From assembly GCA_034659095.1 (NCBI GenBank), contig JAYEGQ010000209.1, forward strand, positions 1-45,595: 45,595 bases of DNA, written 5' to 3'. Below the pieces are notes generated by a model. That model was not told the DNA's origin and did not search any database. It saw nothing but the letters and a program-made list of their open reading frames with translations. This DNA is from Thermotogota bacterium. Its GTDB lineage: Bacteria; Thermotogota; Thermotogae; MWEM01. The position numbers and the translations under genes are program-made. Positions 27,706 to 36,563 of this stretch are shown one piece after another (the first letter of the stretch is position 1; every line of letters starts with the position of its first letter).

Positions 27706-29061
27706 TTAAAGGGCTGTAATATCAGATTTTAACAAATTCACTGCTGTATCTTTGTCTATTTTTGAAATGGCACCAATAGGGGCAAAGATGTAATTAGAAT
27801 CTTTGTAAAGCTTGATATCTTCAGATGGCAACAGTTCGCTAACATGTCTTTTTGACAGGATCCTTGTAACAGAAAGCACTTCATCCGCATAAGGAGAACG
27901 GGACAATATCCCGCCTGTTCCCACCAATGCCTTGACTGCGGTTAAATCTTTTCCTTCAGCGATTTTTTGTCGACCTGTCGGACCATAAATATAACGTATT
28001 CTTCCTGCATGCCTTCTTAATCCGGCAGACAAACAATGCACGGCGAGCCTGGCCATAAACTGTTCCATCTTTTCTGTTTTAGGATATGGTGTAATTTCTT
28101 TCATGATTTGAGGAAAATCTGGATATTCCATCTCCAATTGGGCTTTCATGGATTCAACAACATTTGGGGCGTTAACAAAGACACCAAGATCGCCTTCCAC
28201 GGTTCGTTTGGCATAAGGTTCTGGTGAAATGCTGATCTCTTGTATTTCAGGGGTCCCATATGTGACAGAGTCAATATCCGTTGTGGCGCCACCTATATCA
28301 ACCGTAACCACATCACCCAACATATCGTAAAGCAATCGTGTGGTTAGCATAACAGCGGCTGGCGTTGGAATAATGGGGCGCTTGACTATTTTTTCGATTT
28401 TATCCATACCAGCAGCATGAATAATATGTTCGGAGAAAATCTGTTGGATCACATCTCTAATGGGATCCACATTCAATTCATCTACCTTGGGATAGACATT
28501 TTCAGTAGGATATACGAGTTTTCCCGATTGTTCAAGGATTTCGCACACTTCATCTCTGACGGCAATATTCCCAGCCACCACAAAGGGGACATTGACTGTG
28601 TCTTTGGCAAATTCTTTGGCGTTATGGAGAATGGTTTCTTTTTCTCCGTAATCCACCCCTCCGGCCAAAAGAATCATATTTGGGTTGATGGATTTTACCT
28701 TTTGAACTTCCCGCTGATCTACTTTACCTGCGGTTACATGGTGTATGATTCCCCCGGCTCCAAGAGCCGCTTCTTTTGCTGCTCTCACCGTCATATCGTA
28801 AACCAATCCATGAACGGACATCCTCAGTCCTCCAGCTGCGCTGCTTGTGGCTACGAACTCCTCCCAGTCAACATCTTCACCCATCTTTTTTCTGATATCA
28901 TCGAGACATTTGTTGATGCCTATGGTTACATCGCCTTCATTGACGGTGGAAAAATGTTCCGCTTGTGCCATTTTTTTCGTTTTTTTAGTTCCTATACCAT
29001 CAAATGCTGTGACAATAGTTGTAGTGGAGCCTATTTCTGCTGTAATCAGTTCGAATTTCAA
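27706..29061 (-). CDS. GlmL/MutL-family B12-mutase reactivating factor-like ATPase
   Basis: AEIGSTTT, SSAAGGLRM, LLAGGVDYG, VDIGGATTD, KRTVEGDLG; TTG start after GGGGTGA. Confidence 0.85.
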   Translation of the reverse strand: MKFELITAEIGSTTTIVTAFDGIGTKKTKKMAQAEHFSTVNEGDVTIGINKCLDDIRKKMGEDVDWEEFVATSSAAGGLRMSVHGLVYDMTVRAAKEAALGAGGIIHHVTAGKVDQREVQKVKSINPNMILLAGGVDYGEKETILHNAKEFAKDTVNVPFVVAGNIAVRDEVCEILEQSGKLVYPTENVYPKVDELNVDPIRDVIQQIFSEHIIHAAGMDKIEKIVKRPIIPTPAAVMLTTRLLYDMLGDVVTVDIGGATTDIDSVTYGTPEIQEISISPEPYAKRTVEGDLGVFVNAPNVVESMKAQLEMEYPDFPQIMKEITPYPKTEKMEQFMARLAVHCLSAGLRRHAGRIRYIYGPTGRQKIAEGKDLTAVKALVGTGGILSRSPYADEVLSVTRILSKRHVSELLPSEDIKLYKDSNYIFAPIGAISKIDKDTAVNLLKSDITAL

Positions 29062-29096
29062 TGAAGTCACCCCGTAGCATATTCTATTTGTCTAAT

Positions 29097-29540
29097 TTAA
29101 AGATCAGAGAGTATGTCCCTGACCATTTTATTCACCTGTTTCCCGTCAGCCCTTCCTTTGGCTTTGGGCATAACTGTTTTCATGATAAGTCCCAAACCGG
29201 ATGGAGAATTCACATTTTGCTCCTCAATAGCATCCAAAACAATGGTTCTCAGTTCATCCTCTCCCATTTTCTCAGGCAAATATTCCTTGATGATTTCCAA
29301 TTCCTCTCTTTCCGATTGAGCCAAATCTTCTCTATTCGCTTTTGTGTATTCTTCTATAGAATCTTTTCTTAGTTTTGCCTCTTTTGTCAGAATCTCAATG
29401 ACGTCCTCATCACCAAGGTCCTTCTTATCCACAAGTTTGTTTTTGATGGCCGCAACTACCATTCTGAGTGTTCTGACTCTAACCTCTTCCCTTGCTTTCA
29501 TGGCTTTTTTCAGGTCTTCAAAAATTTCATCTTTCAGCAT
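29097..29540 (-). CDS. GatB/YqeY domain protein
   Basis: DLKKAMKA, KLRKDSIEEY, YLPEKM, GRADGKQVN; GGAGG RBS before ATG 29540. Confidence 0.9.
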   Translation of the reverse strand: MLKDEIFEDLKKAMKAREEVRVRTLRMVVAAIKNKLVDKKDLGDEDVIEILTKEAKLRKDSIEEYTKANREDLAQSEREELEIIKEYLPEKMGEDELRTIVLDAIEEQNVNSPSGLGLIMKTVMPKAKGRADGKQVNKMVRDILSDL

Positions 29541-29611
29541 TTCAATCCCTCCAAAGATCATGTTCTTGATCTTTTCTGTTTGTCAGTTTTACTATGAGAT
29601 TTATATATTAA

Positions 29612-30064
29612 TCAATAGTCTCTGTATTTCATTTCTCTGGCTATATCCCGCTTGATGGCCTTGTCTTTAAGGTCTTCTCGCTTATCGTGAATATTCTTTC
29701 CCTTTCCCAGTCCAATTTCAAGCTTAATCAGGCCCTTATTGTTGAAATAGACTTTTAAAGGCACGATGGTGTATCCCTTTTGCATAACTTTGCTTTGCAA
29801 TTTTTTTAGTTCCCGTTTATGCAAAAGTAATTTTCTTTTCCTGTCCGGTTCATGATTGAAAAAAGATGAATGAGCATATGGGGAGATATTGGCCTTTAAT
29901 AAGAAAAGTTCATTGCCCTTGAACCGGCAATAGCTTTCTTTGATGTTGATGCGGCCTTCCCGGATGGATTTGACCTCAGTGCCCAATAATTCCAGACCGG
30001 CTTCAAACTTTTCTTCTACATTGTATATGCGATAGGCGTTTTTGTTTTTTTGTACGATTTTCAT
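29612..30064 (-). CDS. smpB: SsrA-binding protein SmpB
   Basis: EAGLELLGTEVKSIR, RKRKLLLHKRE, GKGKNIHDKRE. Confidence 0.97.
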   Translation of the reverse strand: MKIVQKNKNAYRIYNVEEKFEAGLELLGTEVKSIREGRINIKESYCRFKGNELFLLKANISPYAHSSFFNHEPDRKRKLLLHKRELKKLQSKVMQKGYTIVPLKVYFNNKGLIKLEIGLGKGKNIHDKREDLKDKAIKRDIAREMKYRDY

Positions 30065-30144
30065 CTAAATCCTCCAAATTTCGTTTTGCTTATAATGATA
30101 ACATATATTTTAACTACACAACCCCCAATATTGTATCAAATCTA

Positions 30145-31068
30145 ATGGAAACGAGTTCCATCTTATCCTTTATGGAAAAAGAGATTGCCATGAGTCGAAA
30201 ACTGGCTGAAGATCCCTTGGTTCGCAAATGGATGATCAACCAAAAGGATATGGACTTGACACAGCTGGTTCAAGAACAATTGGATAGCTATCGTGATTTT
30301 ATCAGTTCCGGTACCCATTTTATGGCTGTGAAGTCCAGTCTGAATTATTCTTTAGAAGACATTGAACAGCCTGCCAAAACATTAAAAAAGGATTTAACAG
30401 CTGACAGGTGGTTTTTCGAACCCCTTGATATCGTGGGAGGAGATTTTTACTTTCTAAAACAAACAAATGAAGACATTTGGCTTGCCGGAATCGATTGTAC
30501 CGGTCATGGGGTGTCCGGTGCCTTTATGACGATGATGGCGAATGTTCTGTTAAAGGATATTATTGAGGCTAATTCTAAAGTGGGACCGGATCAGATTTTA
30601 CAACAATTCCATTATAAGCTCAAAGATTCCTTGAAATCCTCATCCAACTTCGATCATTTGGATAATGGTTTGGACATGTCCTTATGCAAAATTTATGGGA
30701 TAAATGACCGTTTAGAGTTTTCAGGAGCAGGATTACCCTTCATCTACAGTGATGAAAACGGTGTGCACGAAATTCGAGGTGACTCTTTGCATATCGGGTA
30801 CAATATAGACAAAGATTATTCCTTTACCAAACACACTATCAAGATAAAGGCAGGGATGACAGGTTATTTGCTTACCGATGGCATTCTGGATCTACCGGGT
30901 GGGGAAAAAGGCTTTGGACTGGGACGTAGCGGTCTCATTAATATTTTAGAATCCGTTAGCAGGTTGCCTTTAAAGGAACAAGAAGAAGCCATTAAGAAAC
31001 AGCTTAAAACCTACAAAGGTAATTATCATAAAAAAGATGATCTTTTATTGATGGGGTTTAGATTATGA
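30145..31068 (+). pseudogene. siaA: SiaA-like PP2C phosphatase, N-terminally truncated and internally deleted
   Basis: SiaA-like sensor fragment (EIAMSRKLAED...LDSYR...DRWFF) fused at ~30417 to a PP2C domain (PLDIVGGDFY, DCTGHGVSGAFMTM, DNGLD, TDG, DD); no TM or HAMP; no clear RBS. Confidence 0.65.
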
Positions 31069-31196
31069 TATCTGAGCAAAAAAACAAGAAAGGAATGATG
31101 AAAAAGCATTATTTTCATCATATCTACGAAATCTGCTATAGACAAAGGGTCCATTTTTTTTAGCAGTGATGAATTACAAAAGGAGGTAAAAAAACG

Positions 31197-31740
31197 GTGG
31201 AAGATCTTTTAAAATTTAAGGAAACTTTAACCCAAGAAGGAGTTCTCATTAGCTTTAACGGTTCATTTTCTAACAGTATCATTGAAGAAATTGGACGTGC
31301 CATCCGAACCTATCTTCAAAAGGAAAAACTATCCGGTGGTATCATTTCAGATGTTTTTTCGATTTACATAGAGCAGACTCAAAATATTCGTAATTATATT
31401 GAATTGAACGGCATGGCAAATACACCCGCTGGTGAGGCGATGGTTACCATCGCGAAAAAAAGGCTATTACACCATCAGTTCAGGGAACAGTGTCAAAAAG
31501 AAAGATGTGCAAAAATTGGCGGACTATTTGGAAAAATTAAACAGTTTGGATAACAAAGAATTACGAAAATTGTACAAAGAACAGCTGAGAAAACCGGTTC
31601 ATCCTGAATCCAGAAGTGCCGAGTTGGGGCTGATAGAAATTGCAAGAAAGGCTTCTGAAAAGATGCAATATCAATTCCAAAATCAGAATGAAGCTTACGA
31701 TTTTTTCAACCTGTTTGTCACTGTAAAAGGCGGTGAATGA
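31197..31740 (+). pseudogene. siaB: SiaB-family (DUF6272) protein kinase split by a frameshift
   Basis: FNGSFSNSIIEEIG...FSIYIEQTQNIRNY in one frame and SGN...ELRKLYKEQLRK...AELGLIEIARKAS in the +1 frame; switch at A7 run 31455-31461. Confidence 0.8.
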
Positions 31741-32104
31741 TCAAATGAATATTGAGCACACTTCCACATCACCGAAGGTCTTCTTTGATGAAAAAAACCA
31801 CATTTTTCTTATAGAAGGGGAATCCTACCCGGAAAACTCATTTGAGTTTTACAAGCCGATTTTTAAATGGTTTGATGAGGTGTTTCCAACATTGGACAGC
31901 ATGGAGCTTCAATTAAAGATCAGTTACATGAACTCATCCAGTGTGAAATGTATCTTGGATATAATGACCATTTTGGAAGAAGCCTATGGAACAGGTAAAA
32001 ATGTTAAAATAAAGTGGTTTTATGAACTGGAAAACAGTCGATCATTTGAACTGGCAGAAGATTTCAAGGAAGATTTGGAATTGCCTTTTGAGGTGCTAAC
32101 TTGA
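31733..32104 (+). CDS. siaC: SiaC-family (DUF1987) phosphoswitch protein
   Basis: TSTSPKV, GESYPENSFEFYKP, YMNSSSVK, WFY...ELAEDFKEDL; start 31733 or 31745. Confidence 0.88.
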   Translation: MNDQMNIEHTSTSPKVFFDEKNHIFLIEGESYPENSFEFYKPIFKWFDEVFPTLDSMELQLKISYMNSSSVKCILDIMTILEEAYGTGKNVKIKWFYELENSRSFELAEDFKEDLELPFEVLT

Positions 32105-32125
32105 GTATTCTTATGGGAGAAGAGA

Positions 32126-33901
32126 ATGAGAAATCAAAAAGAAAATGAGCTTGCCCAAAAACTTTCAAAGTTATTACCAAAACTAAAAAGTGATGAATCT
32201 GAAATGGGTCAGCAATTCTATGAAACTGCTAAGGCCTATATCCGTAATTCCAAACAGCTCTATAAGATCATTGAGATATCAGATAAAAACCAGTCGGCCA
32301 TTATGGAGATGTCAAAGAAGCTTGAAAAATCCAGGGAGGAATTAGAAAAGGCAAAGGATATAGCTGAAGAAGCCAACAAGTCAAAATCCATCTTCCTCTC
32401 CAATATGACACATGAAATTCGAACACCTTTAAACAGTATTATAGGGTTTACGGATTTACTGGTGAACCTTCCAATGGGTAAGGTCCAGAAGCAATATGTT
32501 GAGAACATCAACGTATCCGCCCATTCATTGTTGGGGGTCATCAACGATATTTTAGACTTTTCAAAAATTGAGGCAGGCAAACTTGAACTGGAGCTGCTCA
32601 AAGAAGATATCGTCAAAGTAGCTGAAAATTCCCTAAACATAATCAAGTTCCAGGCTGACAATAAAGGGTTGACATTGGAACTGGAAACGCAACAAAACAT
32701 GCCCCGTTTCGCCATCATTGATGCCTTGAGATTACGGCAAGTTCTGGTTAATCTCCTTGGAAATGCCATAAAATTTACAGAAAAAGGAACGGTTGAATTA
32801 AAACTAACATTTAACAAAATCGATGGAAAGAAAGGCGTTTACACCCTATCTGTGAAAGATACTGGGATGGGCATTACAGAAGAGAAAAGGCAAAAATTAT
32901 TTAAAGCGTTTTCGCAAACGGATGTTTCAATCACCAGAAAATTCGGAGGTACCGGCCTGGGATTGGCCATATCCGCCATGCTGGTTAAGAAGATGGGGGG
33001 TAACATCGAAGTTGAAAGTGAACATGAAAACGGTTCAACCTTTTTCTTTTCTCTACTAACCCCGTATTTTTATGAAACCAAAAAAGCTGAATCTCACGAA
33101 GAAGGTGAGCCATCAGATGAGATTAAAACTGATAAACGACCTTCTACCCTTTTAATTGCCGAAGATGTGAACATTAATATGCAGTTGATCAAGGCCATTA
33201 TTGAGAAGTATTTTCCGAATTCAAAAACATTAGAAGCCCAAAATGGTGAACAGGCTTATCAAATAACCAAAACCCAACATATCGACTTAATCCTCATGGA
33301 TGTACAAATGCCAGTGATGAACGGGTTAGACGCCACAAAAAAGATCCGTGAAGACGAATTACAAACCGATAAACACACCCCAATCATTGCCCTGACTGCT
33401 GCTGCTGTGAAAGAAGGCATTCAAAATTGCCTGGATGCTGGCATGGATGATTTTTTAACAAAACCCATCAAACAAAAATTATTCCATGAAAAAATTGATT
33501 ATTTTTTAAGTCAAAGAAAAGATGCTAAAACGAATACAAAAAAAGAAAACGATGATCTGGGACAAATAGAGGGGATTGATTGCAAAGAAGGACTGGCTCG
33601 CCTTAGTCAAAAAAAGGATTTGTATTTATCTCTATTGTGTGAATTCGCCCAACAATCTTTCCAGGACTATGATGATCTCAAACGGACTCTGAAACAAAAT
33701 ACTGTAGATGCCATCACCATTGTCCACAGAATAAAGGGGGTTGCATTTAACCTTTCAGTTAGTGGCGTAGGTCAGGCCGCGGAAGAGATTGAAACGGCCC
33801 TGAAAAATGGGGATGAGGATTCCCTTGATGCGAAAGTCGAGCGTTTGAAGATAAAAATTGAAAACTTCAAAGCTTCGATTGAGAAATATTTGAAAAAATA
33901 A
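32126..33901 (+). CDS. cytoplasmic hybrid histidine kinase (HisKA-HATPase-REC-Hpt) with SiaD-like N-terminal stalk
   Basis: FLSNMTHEIRTPLN, NLLGNAIKFT, DTGMG, GGTGLGLAI, LMDVQMP, HRIKGVAFNL; no TM segment. Confidence 0.92.
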   Translation: MRNQKENELAQKLSKLLPKLKSDESEMGQQFYETAKAYIRNSKQLYKIIEISDKNQSAIMEMSKKLEKSREELEKAKDIAEEANKSKSIFLSNMTHEIRTPLNSIIGFTDLLVNLPMGKVQKQYVENINVSAHSLLGVINDILDFSKIEAGKLELELLKEDIVKVAENSLNIIKFQADNKGLTLELETQQNMPRFAIIDALRLRQVLVNLLGNAIKFTEKGTVELKLTFNKIDGKKGVYTLSVKDTGMGITEEKRQKLFKAFSQTDVSITRKFGGTGLGLAISAMLVKKMGGNIEVESEHENGSTFFFSLLTPYFYETKKAESHEEGEPSDEIKTDKRPSTLLIAEDVNINMQLIKAIIEKYFPNSKTLEAQNGEQAYQITKTQHIDLILMDVQMPVMNGLDATKKIREDELQTDKHTPIIALTAAAVKEGIQNCLDAGMDDFLTKPIKQKLFHEKIDYFLSQRKDAKTNTKKENDDLGQIEGIDCKEGLARLSQKKDLYLSLLCEFAQQSFQDYDDLKRTLKQNTVDAITIVHRIKGVAFNLSVSGVGQAAEEIETALKNGDEDSLDAKVERLKIKIENFKASIEKYLKK

Positions 33902-34166
33902 ACACTTGGATTGAATAAGATATACTGACTTTCGTTGAAATTTTCCATAGAAAAAGGTGAAGAAGTTTTTTGGGACTGTAGATATTTCAGAAAAAAACAC
34001 AAGCGACATTAGCATGAAGTATTTTTCAGCAAAACTACAAGATCAGTTTCTCAAGGCAACCTTTGGGGAGGGTATTTCTGCTTTCAGCAGCCCCTCATCT
34101 TAAAATCAAGATTTTCTAGGGTATAAAAAAAGAGCACCCAAACCAAAAATCCCCCAACAGTAATTA

Positions 34167-35525
34167 CTAAACCCTCTTCAACAAACAAACATTCTCCACA
34201 TGGGCTGTATGAGGAAAGTTATCCATCGGTTGGATGGTTTCAATCTCATAACCAGACTCAACTAACCTTGAGCAATCCCTTGCCAAGGTCCCCAAATTAC
34301 AGGAGCAATAAACGATCTTTTTCGGTTGAATGTCAATGATTTTTTCTAGAGCGCTTTTGTCAATACCGGCTCTTGGAGGATCGATGATCAAAGTGTCCGG
34401 TTTATCGTTTGGTTTGGAATACTCTACAAATTCTTCAACCGACTGTTCAACTACGTCAACGTTTGTGATCTTGTTCATAGAGCAATTTGAACGGGCGGCC
34501 TTTGCCGATTCGGAATGGGATTCGACCAGGATGACACGTTTATACAAAGGAGACAGGTAAATGGAGAAAAAACCAACACCTCCGTAAAGATCCATTAGCA
34601 CTTCTTCTTTATCGGGCTGTGCCATTTCTTTTACTGTGTTCAGGAAGCTTTTCAGCATCTTGTTATTGGTTTGAAAGAAAGAAGTAGGTGGAATATTGTA
34701 ATCGAACCAGTCGATATGTTCCATCAGCGTTCCACTACCGTATAGGGTTGTGTATTCACCGGAGAGCATGGATTTTTTTCTGGTATAGACGTTAATCAGT
34801 GAATCTAAAAAGGGCAAGTCTTCCTTTAATCTTGCCTTTAATTGTTTAGCCTGCCTTGTCATCTTCACTGAGGTAATGATAATCAGCATATACTGACCGG
34901 TGTATTCGGTTTTTCTAATTGAAATCCCCCGAAGGAATCCGGTTCTTTTTCTGGTTTGAAAGACATCATCGGGGGTGAAGATGTCGTTGAATATACTCTG
35001 AAGGGTTTTTCGAATATGCTCAAATTGTGAATCCACTACTTTGCAACCCAATGGTTCGATGATTCGATTTGTGCCTTTGGTTCTTAATCCCAGAACAAGT
35101 TTTCCCTTGTGAATGCCGCAGGCGTAGGTCATTTTATTTCTGGTTTGATAATGAGGTTGTGAAGGAAGAAGTGGTTGCAGAATCTTTGATATGTCCATAT
35201 TTCCCAATCGCATGAATTGTTCAGCGATGATATCTTTTTTAGACTGTAATTGGAACGGATAATCTAAATCCAGCCAGTCACATCCTCCGCATTCATTAAA
35301 AACAGAACAGACGGACTGTTTTCTTTCGGGGATTTTGTATTTATAGGTATGGACTTTTCCAATGTTAAAATGTTTTTTTTCGTTGACGATCTCTACATCA
35401 ACGATTTCTCCTGGATAGGCATCTGAAACAAAAACGGGTTTCCCGGTTTCGTCACGGCCTAATCCCTTGCCTCCGTTTAGGAATTTTTCAATAATGATGT
35501 CGTGTTTAATAGTATCGTCATTCAT
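34167..35525 (-). CDS. rlmD: 23S rRNA (uracil-C5)-methyltransferase RlmD/RumA family
   Basis: TRAM N-terminus, CSVFNECGGC Fe-S motif, SFFQTN, DPPRAG, SCNLGTLARD, FPHTAHVE. Confidence 0.9.
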   Translation of the reverse strand: MNDDTIKHDIIIEKFLNGGKGLGRDETGKPVFVSDAYPGEIVDVEIVNEKKHFNIGKVHTYKYKIPERKQSVCSVFNECGGCDWLDLDYPFQLQSKKDIIAEQFMRLGNMDISKILQPLLPSQPHYQTRNKMTYACGIHKGKLVLGLRTKGTNRIIEPLGCKVVDSQFEHIRKTLQSIFNDIFTPDDVFQTRKRTGFLRGISIRKTEYTGQYMLIIITSVKMTRQAKQLKARLKEDLPFLDSLINVYTRKKSMLSGEYTTLYGSGTLMEHIDWFDYNIPPTSFFQTNNKMLKSFLNTVKEMAQPDKEEVLMDLYGGVGFFSIYLSPLYKRVILVESHSESAKAARSNCSMNKITNVDVVEQSVEEFVEYSKPNDKPDTLIIDPPRAGIDKSALEKIIDIQPKKIVYCSCNLGTLARDCSRLVESGYEIETIQPMDNFPHTAHVENVCLLKRV

Positions 35526-36343
35526 AGATTTGTCCTGAACCAGCCAATGATATCCTGCCTGAATTGTTCTCCATGTTCCGGATCATAGATCGTTTCATGA
35601 TAAGCGCCGGGATATTTTGAAATGACCTTCTTTTCGCTGCTAATTCGATCAAAGTATTCATCGATATTATCCGGTGGAACCACTTTGTCAGACATTCCTT
35701 TTAACAGTAGCAGTGGTGTCTTGATTGCTCCGGCTTTTTCATTAACTGCTTTAACGTTTTTATGGATGCTTAAGGCCAGTTTCAAGCTGACTTTTGGATG
35801 AACCAGCTTGTCTTTTGAATAGGCAGCTACTTCAGAATGATTTCTTGAGATGTCTTCATGTTCAATGTTGTTGTCCAAAGTGATAAACGGCAACAATCTT
35901 GCCAAACCCGCATTTTTCTCCATTCTTTTTTCTGTTTCCTCGTCCAAAATAATAACCGGTGCGGATATTGCTGCGCAGTAGAACTCGGAGGGTTTTTCCT
36001 GTAAATAGCGTAATCCAATCAAACCTCCAAGACTGTGACCAAATAAGGCCATAGGGATATCAGAATGATTAGCTGACATTTTGTGAATCATCATATCAAT
36101 GATTAGAAAGGAATCCTCTATAGATGTATATCCCCTAATCCCTGTGCTTTTCCCATGTCCCAGATTATCAAATCCGTAAACATTCAAACGATGCTCGTTC
36201 ATTTGTCTGGCAAATCGTTCGTATCGATCAATGTGTTCACCCAATCCATGGACAATTAACACAGATGCCAACGGATCAGTACACTCATAAGCCACTGTAT
36301 AGATGGCTTTTCTTCTTAGCTTTATACTTTCTGTTTTTTTCAT
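35522..36343 (-). CDS. alpha/beta hydrolase (lysophospholipase/monoacylglycerol lipase-like)
   Basis: HGLGEH, GHGKS, GHSLGG nucleophile elbow, DKVV, YHE. Confidence 0.9.
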   Translation of the reverse strand: MKKTESIKLRRKAIYTVAYECTDPLASVLIVHGLGEHIDRYERFARQMNEHRLNVYGFDNLGHGKSTGIRGYTSIEDSFLIIDMMIHKMSANHSDIPMALFGHSLGGLIGLRYLQEKPSEFYCAAISAPVIILDEETEKRMEKNAGLARLLPFITLDNNIEHEDISRNHSEVAAYSKDKLVHPKVSLKLALSIHKNVKAVNEKAGAIKTPLLLLKGMSDKVVPPDNIDEYFDRISSEKKVISKYPGAYHETIYDPEHGEQFRQDIIGWFRTNL

Positions 36344-36563
36344 AGTAAAACCCCTTTTGTTATGTCAATTTTTTTTCGATTTTATGTGAGTCAATCATGA
36401 ATGGTACCAGTCAACACCTTTATTATCTCATACATAGGGAGAATTAGTTTAGTTTATGGTTAAGATAAGAATATATTTCGGTTAACAAATCCCGGGAAAT
36501 CTTTTATAAGTGTATAATAGTACGGGGTATAATAACAAGCTTTTTTTTCAATTGGAGTGATTT

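Noticed and set aside
29560-30144. tmRNA gene beside smpB
   Set aside because: The flanking gaps are under 100 bp and lack tmRNA 5' or 3' ends
31069-31196. Possible gene remnant between siaA and siaB (AAGGA-ATG ATG AAA AAG...)
   Set aside because: Short, with no recognisable similarity; cannot be supported
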